Source: Azolla caroliniana (Eukaryota > Plantae > Polypodiophyta). From it: a stretch of DNA of 64,000 bases. The position numbers and the translations under genes were made by a program. Of the stretch, positions 37,651 through 51,773 are shown in pieces. The DNA lies in the NCBI GenBank assembly GCA_043228905.1, contig JBHGNT010000005.1, positions 11,160,001 to 11,224,000 of the forward strand, given 5' to 3'. The notes below the pieces were generated by a model that saw nothing but the letters and a program-made list of their open reading frames with translations, searched no databases and was not told where the DNA came from. The number at the start of each line of letters is the position of its first letter. Position 1 is the first letter of the stretch.

Positions 37651-40600
37651 TGTTAGCCAGCCGACAAGGAGTGAAGGATAGTCCAGAATATGGAAGGGCA
37701 AAAATAATCGAAGGTTGTTATTAGGATATTTAGTAATTAAGTAGATTTTAGAGAAGTGAACGGACGAACCAGAATCGGTATGCCGATCCGGATCCAGACC
37801 GGTTCATATTAGGGTGCCGGTTGGCACCATTTTGTAGACAGAGCCGGTGATCGATAAAAAGGCCCAGTTACATTGTAAATGACGACGGATAATTAATAAA
37901 GCTCTATTTCCTTATCTCTGTGTATTGATTACCGTTCTATGCTAATTACTTTCTATCTTACGCGTGTATTAAAATTAAGGATCTGTTGATTAAGTAAACG
38001 ATTAAGGTCTGATTAATCGTCGATCTAACTCTGTTTCACCGTAACACCCTTTGGTGAAGTGTCTTCTGTAGACACCCTATGTTAGGCTATTGTCCGACCC
38101 TAAGGAGTAACACAGTTTTTGGCGACCACGATTCCTGCATAAGTACAACGAACAACGGCAGGAATGGATGACTAGACCAGCAAGCGGACCGGTTATGGAT
38201 CGAGCATGGAGACTCGTTGAGCGGCTACGGAAGCGAGAGGCCTTCCAGCAAGTGGTGGAAGAAATTCGTTTGGATCAATCATTTTCCAAAGTGATCCGGC
38301 GAGTGGCTGAGGAGTCACTCCGTTCGCAACAAGATTTCGGGAAACGGAATCCCTGCTGTAGGCATTAGCTGCAGGAGACGGCGATTCCGAACCATTTTCG
38401 GCCTTTGAATTGGACTCGGACGGCGAATATAGCGCTCATTCTAATTACTGTAGCAGTCACGACACCCCAGACGGACCGGCAGACGAGGAATCAGATACCT
38501 CATCGACACCGAAACAAGAATTGATAGAGCTGGAAGCCACAGATCGGCCAAGGACTCAACAAACCCCAACAACCGAAGCAAAGGAAGAAAGATCTCTGAC
38601 AGAGGAGGCGGAGAGACCTCCGACAGAGGAGGAAGAGAGACCTTCGACACCACCAGCCCGCATTCCAACACTGGACGACGACATGTTGTTTCAATATCCC
38701 AAGTACCGGGATGATCCGGATGCAGAGGCCCACGTCTATGCATTTCAGCAGACCTGGGAAGCGAATCATGTGTCACAATGCTTAACCGCGACCGAAGCAG
38801 AATGCTCAAAGATGGCGGAGTTCGGCATGACCCTGGAGGGGCCCGCCGCTAGATGGCGCCTGACGCAAGATCCCAGTACCATCACGACGTTTGAGGCCTT
38901 GAAATCTAAATTCTGACATTTTTTTCACAAAGAAGTGGATCAACGGGAAATGGTCGGCCTATTCTATACCATTAGGCAAGAGTCCACGGAGAACATTCAA
39001 CAATTTGTAATCCAATTCCAGAGAATGCACAACCAGCTCAATCGGGCACCACCGGAGGAAGAGACTAAGGCGATATTCCTAGCAACACTCCGGAGCCCCT
39101 ACAAACGGTGTGCACAGTAATTGATTTCCGCACGAGTTCTGTCGACCAGGTTATAGACCGAGTTAGGGAAATGGAAAACTCCAGCTCGTGGTTGATGATG
39201 CAGGCACTTCAACGAACGTTACCGACTGATGAAGACCTCCACTTTCAACAAGCAGTTCAATGTACGACTTGCCTGAATGCCGAACATTTGGCGTTGGAGT
39301 GCACCATGAGTTCTCAATGCTTGCTTTGCCATTCCAGAAACCATATAATGGATCGGTGTAAATATAACTTGCTGAATTGGCAAGCACCACCGGTCCGGCA
39401 AATCGAACCACGGAGCAACCAGGAGGAGAAAGAAGAGCGATGGCGGCGAGAGGAGCGTTACCAACCAGCACAAGATGTTTGGTACGGTGATCGAAGAAAC
39501 GCTTATGACCGCAACCGGTATGATAGATATCGGAACTATAATGGGGAACGGAATGAGCGTTACAACCGGTATCACTCCCCGGTTACAACCCCCAAAGGGA
39601 GGACTATGGCAAGTACAACAACCAACTCCGACAGGATTTCCGGAACAAAAAGCATTTCAACAAAAAACGGCATTTCAATAAAAAAGGGGGTCACCAACGG
39701 GAGCTGGAACAGGGTACATCAAGCAACCAACCGGACCAAGGCCAAGCACTTCCCACAGGACCTCAACCGGGTGCCAGGGCAAAAGCAGAATCCAACAACA
39801 CCCGGAAGGCATACTGCTACTATTGCCGACAAGAGGGACACTACAGTAACCAATGTCCGGCGAAAAGCTACGATAAGCGACCAGCGGTAAACATGGTGGT
39901 AGCGGAGGTCGCGGACATACAACAAGTAACCACAAGGGCAAAAGGAAAAGCGACGGAGTGGGAAACCCAAGAAGCCATCCGGAAGCAGGCCACCGAATGG
40001 GTAAAGAAGGCAAACGAGTAGAATGTGGCAGAACTAGAGCAACAAAAGGAGAATCTAGAGAAGCCCACTGGCAATAGCCAGGCGGAAAACCCAACATGGC
40101 AGGCATTGCAAGAATGCCAAATCACACTGCCATTAGGTCAGCTATTGCAGTTAATACCTCAGTTTACGGAAGGACTGAAGACGGGCATGACTGCGGTCGG
40201 CACGCCACCAGCTCTGGCATTCTTTTCTAACCTGGAGGAAGGACCGACGATAGTCGACACATGCAGTCCGGCTATCACAACCATCGTCAAGGGACAAGAA
40301 CTACCCGAAACGATTATAGACGGAGGATCCGGTGTGAATGTGATTAGCCTCTGAACTTGTAATACCCTGGGAATCCAGGACTGGGAGCCGTGCTCGTTTT
40401 GGCTCCAGATGGCCGACACAAGTTCAGTACGACCTACCAGATTGATACGAGAGTTGGAAGTGACAATCAGAGGTCACGCATTCCGCATTTCGGCAGTAGT
40501 CCTCCAGTTCAATGCACAAGGAGCATACCCACTGTTGTTGGGTCGGCCATGGTTAAAAACAACGCACATCACATTCAGGCGCGGCAAAGCGAAAGTACGG

Positions 40601-41590
40601 GTACCTACACAACCACGTTCAAGTACCAACAAGGAGCTGACACCGCTATATGCAGAATGTGTCAACATGCTTGAGGGATTGGTTGATGAGGAGGTCGATC
40701 AGTACTTACAGGAGAATCTGAAAATTGTACCCTTATTTGAAGTGGATGTCGCTGAAGCAATGGCACCATACATAATACCGGAGGAGGCCGGTGAAGAACC
40801 GGATAGGGAAGCCATCAGAGAGTTACGGCAAGCGTAGGAAACTTTGGAGAAGGAATTGGCAGTATCTCAACGCGTAAAAGCCTCTCAGCTGGAAGAGGTA
40901 AACCTAGGCACCGCAGAAGACGCAAGACTGGTTCACATCGCCAAAGAAATGACTCCCGAAAGGAAGACGACAACGGTCACCTTATTCAAGGAGTTCCGGG
41001 ACGTGTTCGCATGGTTGTACGAGGACATGCGGAGGCTAGATCCTCAGTTGTATCAACACCAGATACATCTGAGTAAGGATGCCAAGCCGGTGGCGCAACG
41101 ACGCTACCAGATGAACCCCAACGATGCAGCAAAAGTAAAGGAAGAGATCGACAAATTGTTACGAGTAGGGTTCATCTGACCGGTCAAAAAGGCGAGATGG
41201 CTGAGCTCGATAGTCGTCGTACCGAAAAAGAACGGAAAATTCCGGGTATGTGTCGACTACCGAAAATTGAATGCGGCAACAGTAACCGACGCCTTCCCAC
41301 TCCTTTTGACGGATGGAGTCCTGGATGCAGTAGCCGGTCACGAAGTTTATAGTTTCCTGGACGGGTTCAGCGGCTACAATCAGATCCGGATGCACCCCGA
41401 TGACTAGGAGAAAACCTCTTTTGTTACCGAATGGGGAATATTTGTCGCCGTAGTCATGATGTTCGGACTTAAAACTGCGCCGACAACCTTTCAGCGAATA
41501 ATGATAGAGATTTTCAAAGAATTTATTCCAGCATTCATGCAGGTGTTCTTAGACGATTTCGCCGTGTATAGCCAGGAAGGGGAACACCTC
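37651..41590 (+). mobile_element. Non-chromovirus Ty3/gypsy (Athila/Tat-related), 3'-truncated
   Basis: LTR TGTTAG 37651 to ..TAACA 38112, then TTGGCGACC PBS-like; gag, protease IIDGGSGVN, RT CVDYRKLN..FLDGFSGYNQI..FGLKTAP..FLDDF; cut at ~41590. Confidence 0.9.
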
Positions 41591-41591
41591 C

Positions 41592-42250
41592 AATACCGTG
41601 AATTTTGGGAAGTGAAGATAGATGAAGTAAACAGGGAGAAGACCCGGGAGGCCAAGGAATTCCCGAATTGCGATCTCTCCATGTTGTTCGGGGTTATTCT
41701 AGGTTGGATGGTCATTGTATTGCGGTTAGAGAATTAACTTGTTTTTGCTTCCATTGTGTGCATGGAAATTGGAGGTATTGTTTAAACCGAGCATATATTC
41801 AAAATTGGGAGTACCATACATTGAATGATAAGGACCGAGCAGATGGAGAAACAGAAAACAATGTTGACTTCACATATCATGTTCGTGGAGATACTCTGAG
41901 TGATGTCATAAACGTTGGGGAAATTTTTGTTGTAAATGCAGAAGAAGACAATTAAGAGGGTGTCGATTTCTATATATTGAAGTGCAAGGTTTGTAAACAA
42001 TGTGGAACGTAGAATATTGTAGATGCTTGGGGAAAGTTTGTATTTGCCAGGACATTCTACATCGAATGTATTTTTTATGCAAGACTAGATGATTGCAATT
42101 ATGTGATTATGTGTATAATCTTTTAGAAGACAAACCAGTAGCGTACATGTACTCTCATTTTGTCAGGTGCATCAACGTCCCGATGTCACAATACAATAAC
42201 TACACAGTTAGTGCTAATGTGTACGAATGTATTTATAATAGTATGCCATG
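41592..42250 (+). pseudogene. Cys-rich C-terminal remnant of a probable DNA transposase
   Basis: FWEV..RSLHVV..RELTCFCFHC..GNW..CLN pattern, recalled from C-termini of Sola-related transposases; catalytic core absent. Confidence 0.5.
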
Positions 42251-43265
42251 GAATTTGTAGCTACAAGGAGATCATACCAGTTTTCTTGTAAAGTGGACAA
42301 AGTAGTTGTATTGCAAAAAAACAGATTAATAAAATCATTTGGGAGACTGTCTTTTTTCTGATATACAGTTTTCTTTCTGTTCTTGTTTCTTAACAAAATC
42401 ATTAGGGAGTCTTCTTTTTTATGTACAGTCTTCTTTCTGTTCTTCTTTATTAATAAAATCATGTCTGATTAATAAAAAACAGTTCAAATTTGTGTGTCTT
42501 TTTTATATACAATCTTCTTTGTGTTCTTCTATCTTAAAGAAAAGTTTAATAAAATCGTTTGGGAGTCTTCTTTCTGTTCTTGTTTCTTAATAAAATCGTG
42601 CATGTTAAATGTGTATTGATTGTCAGTTTTACTCTTACTTATTGTAACTTTCGGTTTTAGTTTGTTCAATGTGCATAATGATGATTATACTGTCTGGAAT
42701 ACATTTTGGCAATGGTCTTTTTACTCTCAAGTGAACCATGTACAAGTTCAAATAGTTTGTCATTCTGAGAACAACCAACAACATGAAATCAGAAATCAAT
42801 GACCTATTTTAAAATTACACAGTAGATGATTTACTCAAAATAAGCGATTTAATTCTTCATTGATTAATCTGTCATCAAATTACATATTTATAATACACCA
42901 TTGGCAATGTCTACAAAGCGCCTATAAATAGCTAAGATCTTGTTTGTCAGTGGAACTTCTCTACATATGTGATCTGCATACTGAGCTCGGTATGGTGTGC
43001 ACAACCATGTAGTTAGTTGGCAGCTCAATGTTTTCACCAAGTAGTTATTAGGCATTTCGTCAGGTACAATGAGACAGAATCTGCGAATGTTGTAGTAATG
43101 CCGGAAATGTTAAGTATCCACAATTAACGTATTATTGGCATTATATTCGGGCTAGGTAATGCCAAAAACCAGAAAGTCTTTTGAATCTTGCAATATCCTG
43201 TTGTTCACATCTTTCTCGTGTCCACTGACCCTTGAAGTGTTGTCGCCAATTTGGGAAGAAACTTT

Positions 43266-43547
43266 TGACGTGAGATGTGCGGAATATTACTCAGCCACAA
43301 CCAAGTCTCAGATCGTGTCGTTTCGAATCAAACACTGAGAATGGGAATGGAGGTGAATACACGTACACATAGACAATATGAGAGACGGTACACAATATGT
43401 TTACGTGGAAAACACTAAACGGGAAAAACCACGGGAGCCCACAGACTCCAAACTATCACTATGTAAAGATTATTGTGATAAGTCACAGAGGCAACGACCT
43501 CGTGCTCTCAATCTTCGCCAAGAGGCGGTTACAACAGAGACTGTTCA

Positions 43548-43589
<42 letters not shown>

Positions 43590-43861
43590 CGCTCTGTACA
43601 ACAGTTGCACCAATAACTCTATACAATAATGACAACACAATGATACACACACCTTAACTCTGTTTGCCCTAGGTGATATTTATACTAATATGACTTTCAG
43701 GCTATTTACAAATATAGCCACAATGGGCTAACAGAAACATATTTACATATATGTCCCTTCATCTAGTGAGAGGTTCTCATCGGGCCTACGTCATCCGGTT
43801 CTCACCGGGTCTTTCGTTTCCGGGTACTCATATCCCATCCGGAGGGACCGAAATCCTAACA
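43266..43861 (-). repeat. Solo LTR (family B), 5-bp TSD ACTTT
   Basis: TGACGTG...CCTAACA flanked by ACTTT at 43261-43265 and 43862-43866; similar to 29529-30250. Confidence 0.88.
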
Positions 43862-43899
43862 ACTTTCTACACACTTCCACACATCTGAACTTGGTTTTT

Positions 43900-45900
43900 C
43901 ACTCCAAATAAACAAATCAAAGTATTGCACAACCCACTCTAGAAATTGATTTGCATCCCTCCCTGGTATCATATATCGCACACTCATTAGGACTTTATCA
44001 AGCTCCAAGATCAAGGCTCTTCTTTCGTCTTCTAATGGTTTAGGTTTCCATTCCTATAACTGAGCCTCTGTTACACCAATTACTGGTAGTACACAATCAA
44101 TTTCAATCAACTCAAGTTTTGTCGGCACAATTGGTGTCCTTTTCCTTTTCAAACCCTTGGTCGACTGTGTCTTTGGGTCTGGCTTCACCTTGTTTTGCTC
44201 TTGAGCAGTCATTGGGCCTGACTTCACACTGTTTTGCTCTTGTATAGTCGATCATGTCATCAGTCATGGCATTACCTCTATGCATGTAGATACTTCTCTA
44301 GTCGATATCAGCCCACTGGTATCACATGTTGCATATACCTACAAAATCAGATCATTTGTGCAACATGCTTGATCTTCTTGCGTGACCAAATCAGTTGTGT
44401 TAGTTGCTACATCAACTTTCAAGATGGGGCCCTCTAAACACGCAACAACATCAACAGTTTCCACACTGCCATCGGCCTGAATCTTATTTCTGATTGTTGT
44501 CACTGCCAAAGTGACTTTGCTCTCCATTGCAGCAACCAATGTTGCTTGCTCTCTCTAAATCAGACTTTGTTGCCTCTCTCATAGGCTTCATGGACAATTT
44601 TTAGCATATAGCTAATTAATGTCTCACCTTTATCATCGACATTGGATTTCATGTGTTACGGCGTGGTGTATACTTGCGGGGTTGTTGGGAGTCAACAATT
44701 GCATCATCAATTGCCATGCTCTAGAATCTTGCCATTTTTTGTTGCAAGCTCCCCGTCTTTTGGGATTGTTCTACCGATGCCTCACCATAAATAGCCCAAG
44801 CTACCCTGTACTTTTCAGGGTTTGTTGCTTCCTTCGTTGTTTTGCAATAGTCGTATGCAAAAGCTCTCGCGAATGCGCCAAACAACTCGTTGTTGACTAG
44901 GATTTCGTGATGTACTTTCTGGTGGAGCCTCGTGCAGTCATCATACAACTCTAATCGTACATGCTTGAGCTTCACCTTGCCTTTCACTCTGGCACATTAT
45001 AAACTGACAACCAGTCTGCATCACTAATCAATTTATCTGTTAGAACAGCAAGGTCAATACTCTCTAGCGACCGACCATATATGTTGTTAGCGTCCTCTTT
45101 TGTCTTGCAAAACTTTGCAAAGTTCAACACTCTAGGATACGGAGGGACGAGCCACTTGAAATAAAAAATCAATACATGTTACCTCTGCTCTACTAGGACA
45201 TGTGTATTTAGTACCATGATTGGTAGGGAAGAATCCAAAATAAAAAATCAGCCACATTCACCCAAATCCTAAATTAAATTCGAGGGAAGTTTGTAGACAC
45301 AACCATTGAAATCAGAAATGTGAATTGGTGCAAAATTCCACTAGTAATCAAAAATCAACCGCTTAAGGAAATCAAAAACCCTAATCAAAAACCTTAATCA
45401 AAAACCCTAATAAGAAACCGTAATCAAAAATCAACTGCTTCAAGAAATCAGGAACCCTAATTAGAAATCAACAGTTTAGGGAAATCAGGAACCCTAATCT
45501 GAAATATGTATGAAATAAACCCTAATCAAATTTTTTGTCAATAAAAAACACATCTACTGCTACACCCTGATCTTCGAGACATCCTTGTTTGGAACTCCAA
45601 TGACTTCACCCTAATCATTTTTTATAAAAGATGAACAGGCAACAAAGTTACAATTATCAAAAAGGATTTTATTTTTTTTTAATGTGTAACTAATACATAC
45701 CTGGACGAGATTCGAACTGGTGTTGTGTTGTAGCTCTGAAGGTGTAATGTCAATATCAGAGTTTTTGTTCAGCTACGGGAGCTTCATCTGTGTTAATGCT
45801 CAGAGTACTCCATCTATTTGGATTTCGAACTCAAACTCAGGATTAACAAGAATTTGGTGACATTCAAGTCGAGTTTAGATGAGGGCACTGTTCCCCAAGT
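43900..45900 (-). pseudogene. Degenerate unknown gene, probably a transposon accessory ORF
   Basis: Collinear fragments 44339-45172 (LHQKVHH..NNELFGAFARAF..RVAWAIYG); donor-like sites near 45181 and 45700; no recognised domain. Confidence 0.5.
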
Positions 45901-46099
45901 TCCACTACGTTAGAAATGAAAGTTCAAATTTTTGAGTATTCTCATAAATTAAATGACATGTATTTAAATGACATATATTTAACTAATAAAGCATAAAATT
46001 TCGTAAATGATCCTTATGATTTTCCCACAAAAAACTAGCTAAACAAATAGCTAAATAGCTATGGCCATATTACCACCTAATTAGCTATAATAGTGTTTC

Positions 46100-47774
46100 C
46101 ACTCACATGCTTTTACCCTAAACCTAATAGTCCATGCCATGAGAATATATGTAATGTCTTGAGCCAATTAGAGGATGTACTAAACGAGTAAGTCTGGCCA
46201 AAATAGGAGCCATTTGTTGGACCATCCTAGATATGTCGAGTCAGGTCCTAGTTGTGGTTCCATTTCATCAAATCAAGTTAGTAGAGTTTTTTATGCACAA
46301 GTTGAGCTTAGCACATCTACATGTCGTCAAGTCCTAGCATTTGCCCTCCTAGATTCCGGAGCCAACTCTTGTTTCATGGATGGTGAGTTTGCATTGACAT
46401 AAAACATCCTCTTGAACAAGATCCCAAAACCAGTAGTTGTAGGAGTCATTGATGGCTACCCTATAGCATCAAGTGATATAGTTGAAGAGTCCGAACCAAT
46501 TCATGTAATTCTTGGTGTTTTGGCAAGAATAATCTCTTTCAACATTATTCATAGTCCAAAACACCCATTAAATCTAGGTCTTCCTTGGTTTAAACTACAT
46601 AACCCGAAGATTGATTAGATGGAAAGAACAATTGAGTCCTAGAACAAAAACACAAAACTCCCATGCCTCAAATCTCTGACATTAGATATTGGATCCCATA
46701 AGATATCAACCATTTCTCTACATTGGTTACGCGAGGAAGGAAGGAGGACATGTTTGTATTCGTAATGTTAGCAACTCCATTATCCAACCCACAGAAGCGG
46801 GACATCCAACTACCAGGGAAATACAAAGAGTTCTCCGATGTCTTCGATAAGGTGAAGGCCAATACATTACTAGAGCATCAGCCATACGACTACCCTATTG
46901 ATTTAGAGCTAGGGAAAGAGCCTCCATGGGGACCGATGTATAACCTTTTGCCCATGGAGTTAGAGGTTCTTCGAGAATATATTGATGAGAACCTGACAAA
47001 TGGATTATCCAACATTCAAGATCTCCTGCTAGTGCACCCATCTTTTTCGTTAAGAAGAAAGATGGTTCGCTTCGTATGGTCGTGGATTATCAGGGCTTGA
47101 GTAAAGTGACTATTCGAAACCGATATGCTCTACCATTGATATCAAGCCTTCAAGAATGCCTCAGTGGAGCAAAATATTTGAGGTCCTACACCCTTGTTAG
47201 AATTCGTCTTGGGGATGAATGGAAGATTGCCTTCCACACTTGCCATGGCCATTTCGACTACGTTTCAAGTGGGAGATCGAGTATGGCTCTTACAAGGTAG
47301 CATTAAAACCACCAGACCTTGTTGCAAATCGGATTATCAACGTTTTGGCCCATATGTGATACCTGGTAAGATCAATGATGTGGCATTTCGCCTTGATCTT
47401 CCTCCTCATATGCGTCTTCACCTGGTCTTCCATGTTTCACTTTTGGATCCCTACTCAACCAGCTCTATTCCGGGTCGTCTTACATCTCCCCCACCTCTAG
47501 TCGAAGTTTCTGATTGCTCTCAATATGAAGTTTTTGCTATTCTCGACTCCAAGATCGTCCGCAATAAACTATATTATTTTCTTGATTGGTTAGGTTATAC
47601 ACCTAATGATCGAACATGGGAGCCTCTTGAGAATCTTGCTAATGCCTCTGACATGGTTGCTGCATTTTACAACAAATATCCCCATAAGTGAAGTTCGAAA
47701 TCTTGTCTTCTGACTCATGGAACTCGTCGTCCAAAAGGGAGGATAATGTCATGAAGACATACATTTTGGCTTAC
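46100..47774 (+). mobile_element. Degenerate, internally deleted chromovirus, same family as 14514-19746
   Basis: ALLDSGANSCF protease; RT start jumps to the INT C-terminus near 47260; chromodomain; PPT, then TGTCATG at 47747. Confidence 0.88.
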
Positions 47775-48730
47775 AACATGTTCGCGTTCAAAAGTGGAAG
47801 GATCGCGCACAATTGGAAGGATAGGGAATATTCCGTTAGATTTTAGGGTTTTATAAACCATCTCACAAAAAACGTGATACCTGTATCACATGTGCTCAAA
47901 GACTCAATGGAAAATCTTAAAATATCACCATGTCATAAAATTGAAAATTCACAAAATTAGGCAAATGTAAGAATTTTACACCATGTTTTTTATCGTAAAA
48001 ATAACAACTCATGTTTTTTATAACAAACAATATTCACAATGAGCAATTGATTTAACAACAATTAAGCTTTATATCATTTGAGTTCTTACAAGCTTATATT
48101 GTTAACCTTTCATGCCAAAAAATACAATCAAGAGTTATTCCTCGCATAAGAATCACTACTATAGAGCCTAGTATACAATGGTGATTCATCCTCGTCATCG
48201 TCAGATGTACCAATCAAAGCATTGTCCTCATCTAAAAGCAAATGTTGTGACTCGAAATCATGTGTAAAAGATCTGGTTCACCTTCGATCTAAGAAGCCTT
48301 GTAGACTTGGCAATTTCTCTTTTATTATGTCTATTGTTAGTGTAAAGTCATACACAATGATATCCACATCTTGCATGTCAAGGTTCGATGTGTTATGAAT
48401 ATTTCTTTTCCACTTTCTATTTCCTCTTCATGTTAGGCATTCCATCATCTGTTACAGTATACTTGCTTGTAAATGCATTCTTGCTTTTAGTGTTGTACCA
48501 ATGCACCTTTGTCGACTTTATCTGATTTTGGTTTTCATGGCCCATGTTATTATCATTGGCAGGTGTGGCAATTAACATCCCAACCTTTATTTCTTGCGTG
48601 TTTCCTTGCCAACGGGCTTCTGTTGCTTTTGTCATCCTTGGTCCCACATACATGTCTCTCTATTGTGGATGGAGCAAGTTGTCAAGATCCACATTTGTTG
48701 CACGAGGTGAAGTTTGAGAATTAGGCGTGT
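47775..48730 (-). mobile_element. End of a Sola-like TIR transposon with a C-terminal gene remnant (48150-48720)
   Basis: TIR AACATGTTCGCGTTCAAAAGTGGAAGGATCGCGC after TTAC (47771-47774); remnant MYVGPR..IKVGMLIA..VHWY..AFTSKY..IIVYDFTLT. Confidence 0.7.
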
Positions 48731-48734
48731 GTTG

Positions 48735-51700
48735 TGTTGGGAATTCGATCCCTCCGGATGAGAATCAGACGAGCTGAAGGAAGGAACCGGACCGGACGGA
48801 TCTGGAAGATATTCGGATGAATCCGGTGTAAACCGGATCTAGGGACATATCTGTAAATATGTTTCTAGAGGGCCTGTCATGGCCATATTTGTAAATAGTC
48901 CTAAAGTCATATAAATATAAATATGACTTAGGGCAACCACTTATGGTGTGGTCATTAGAGTTGTATAGAATGATATATATAGAAAGCTTTTTTGTTGTAA
49001 CCGTTGGTTGGCAAAGACATAGAGCTCGAAGTCGTTGCCTCCAAGTCTCGCTTTGTATCATCTTCTTATAGTGATAGTTGGAGTTTGTGGGCTCCCGTGG
49101 TTTTGACCTATTAAGGTTTTCCACGTAAACATCTGGTGTAAGTGCATTAATCTCATTTCTATTTCCTGCTTTCTTCCATTGAGTGTTTCAGACTCAGTTG
49201 TGGCTGACCGCTATTCCACACAAACTGGTATCAGAGCGAGGTTGTGAACTTTAAACTAAGAAAGAAAAATGGAAGAGTCATTCGGAAACATGTTGAAGCT
49301 CACCGGCTCCAACTATCTAGTGTGGAAGTCGAAGATGAGGGATATGCTCATCGTCAAAGATCTCTGGCTGCCGGTATAGTTCAGGGACAAGAAACCAGAC
49401 AAGATTGATGCCATGGCATGGGAGGTGATGCATATGACGACAACTGCATGCATCTGGTGCTTCATGGACATGAGCCTGTACAACAACTTCAATGACGAGA
49501 GCAAGGCCCATGTGCTCTGGGAGAAAATTAGCACCATGTTGGACAGTAAAAACGTCGTAAATAGGGTTTCGGTATTTCGAAAATTAGTGAGACTCCGGCA
49601 CCAAGACGGATCTAGCATGGCAGAGCACATGAATGCATTCCAGGGGCTCATAAATCAAACAACCTCATTGGAAGTACCTCTAGCCGACAAGGTACTTGCG
49701 TTGCTCCTACTCGGTTCCCTCCCGGATAGTTGGGAGATGTTAGTTGTCACTTTGGGCAACGCCGGGGTGGAAGGACAGCATTTGTCCCTAGCAAGAGTAA
49801 AATCGAGCTTGCTAGATGAAGAAGCTCTCCAGAAGGATCGGGAGTCCGGAACTGATCCGAAGGCCTTGGTTACGAAAGACGACCATAATCGGGAAAGAGG
49901 CAAGAATCGGAGTCCCCAAAACTGGGACAAATTGTGAGTGAGGTTGAAGTCAAGGGGGAGGCCCCCTTGCTTTTATTGCGGAAAACCGGAGCACTTCCAG
50001 AAGAACTACCGACACTTCCGAAAAGGCAAAGGGGAAGCCGACATTCCAGAACCGAAGAAGATTTCTGAAAGGAGAGGAACGTCAGCGATCGCGATGAGTG
50101 AGGAAGAACTGTTGCTAATCATCGAGGAGAGTGAGTTGCATCTTGTCAATGATGAGACAACATGGGTGGTCGAGTCCGGAACGTTGTTCCATCTGACCCC
50201 TGACCGCAAATGTGTCTCATTGTACAGAACCGGAGATCATGGTTCTGTCCAAATGGGAAATGAAGGTGCATGCCGAATTATCGGCATAGGAGACGTGTGG
50301 ATGTCTGACACGTTCAAGAGGTTTGGTTGAACCTGATATCATCCGATCAGCTAGATGATGAAGGCTACACGGGTAGCATCCGGAACGGAGTCATGAAGTT
50401 TTGCAAAGGGAGCTTGATCGTGGCCTGAGCCCGGAAGATCAACAAATTGTACCTGATGCATGCCCGGATATGCTAGGAAGAAGTGAATGTGGCATCCGAC
50501 AATGCCGGTGAGTTGTGGCAAAAGAGGTTGTGTCACATGAGCCAAAAAGGGATGAGAAGACTTGCCGAAGATAACCTCATTCCGGAGGTGAAAGACGTGC
50601 ATCTTGAGAAGTGCACCGATTGCTTGGCCGGCAAGCAAAACCGAACTTCTTTCCGGACAAGATCACTGATGAGATGGAATGCCCCACTGGAACTTATGCA
50701 TACCGATGTATGCCAAGTGGACACGAAGTCACATTCCGGATCGCAGTACTTCATGACATTCATTGATGACCACAACCGGAAGCTATGGGTCTTGCCACTG
50801 AAGACGAAGGACCAGGTATTATCCGTCTTCAAGGAATTCCACACCAAATTGGAAATGGAAACCGGTTAGAAGTTGAAGGCGGTTCGAGCGGACAATGGAG
50901 GAGAATACTGGGGGTAGTTCGAGGAGCACTACCGGTCGAAGGGAATCCGGCTCGAATTCACCGTGCCGAAGACACCGGAGTTGAACGGATTGGCCGAAAG
51001 GATGAACTGGACCATAATGGAGATAGTCCGGAGCATGCTAGCACATGCAAAGTTACCCAAGAACTTTTGGGCTGAGGCGCTGATGACAACGACCTATGTG
51101 ATAAATAGATCACCCTCAACGCCCTTGGAAGGAGACTCACCGCAGAAAGTATGGACCGGTAAAGATGTGTCTTACCGTCGTCTGAAGGTGTTTGGTTGTC
51201 TCGGTTACGTGCATGTTGCAAAGGACAAGAGAGAAACGTTGGATCCGAAGTCTAGACCATGCATATTCCTTGGATATGGCGATGATGAGTTTGGATACTA
51301 AGTGTGGGACTTGGTTGACAAGAAGGTATTTCGGACTCGAGAGATAGTTTTCATGGAAGACAAGAGTATTGTTGATTGGGAGTCGAAGAAGAAGATACCA
51401 GACTCCGGATCGACCGATGGGACCCATCCGGTCGGAAGCCGGATAACACTCGAAGAACCAGCAAGAGTCAGACAAGAGACTGAACTGATCGAAGAAGTAG
51501 AATTGGACATTGGAGCCAAACAAGACCCTGAATCAGATTCAGTTGAAGAACAAACGGTGGAACTAGTATATATGAACCAACGAAGAAGATATCCTTTGAG
51601 GGAGAGAAGAGACCCCCAAAGATTCCCAGATGTAGAGCATGTGTTGCTAACCGACGAGGGGGAGCCGGAGCGCTTCGAAGAAGCAAAGAAAGAAACCCAC

Positions 51701-51773
51701 AACCGCAAATGGTTAAGTGCTATGCAGGATGAGATGGATTCCCTACATGAGAACCACACATATGAATTGACGA
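48735..51773 (+). mobile_element. Copia family D, 3'-truncated
   Basis: LTR 48735-~49222; PBS TGGTATCAGAGC 49226-49237; gag-PR-INT homologous to 31780-34300; stops at the RT start. Confidence 0.92.
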
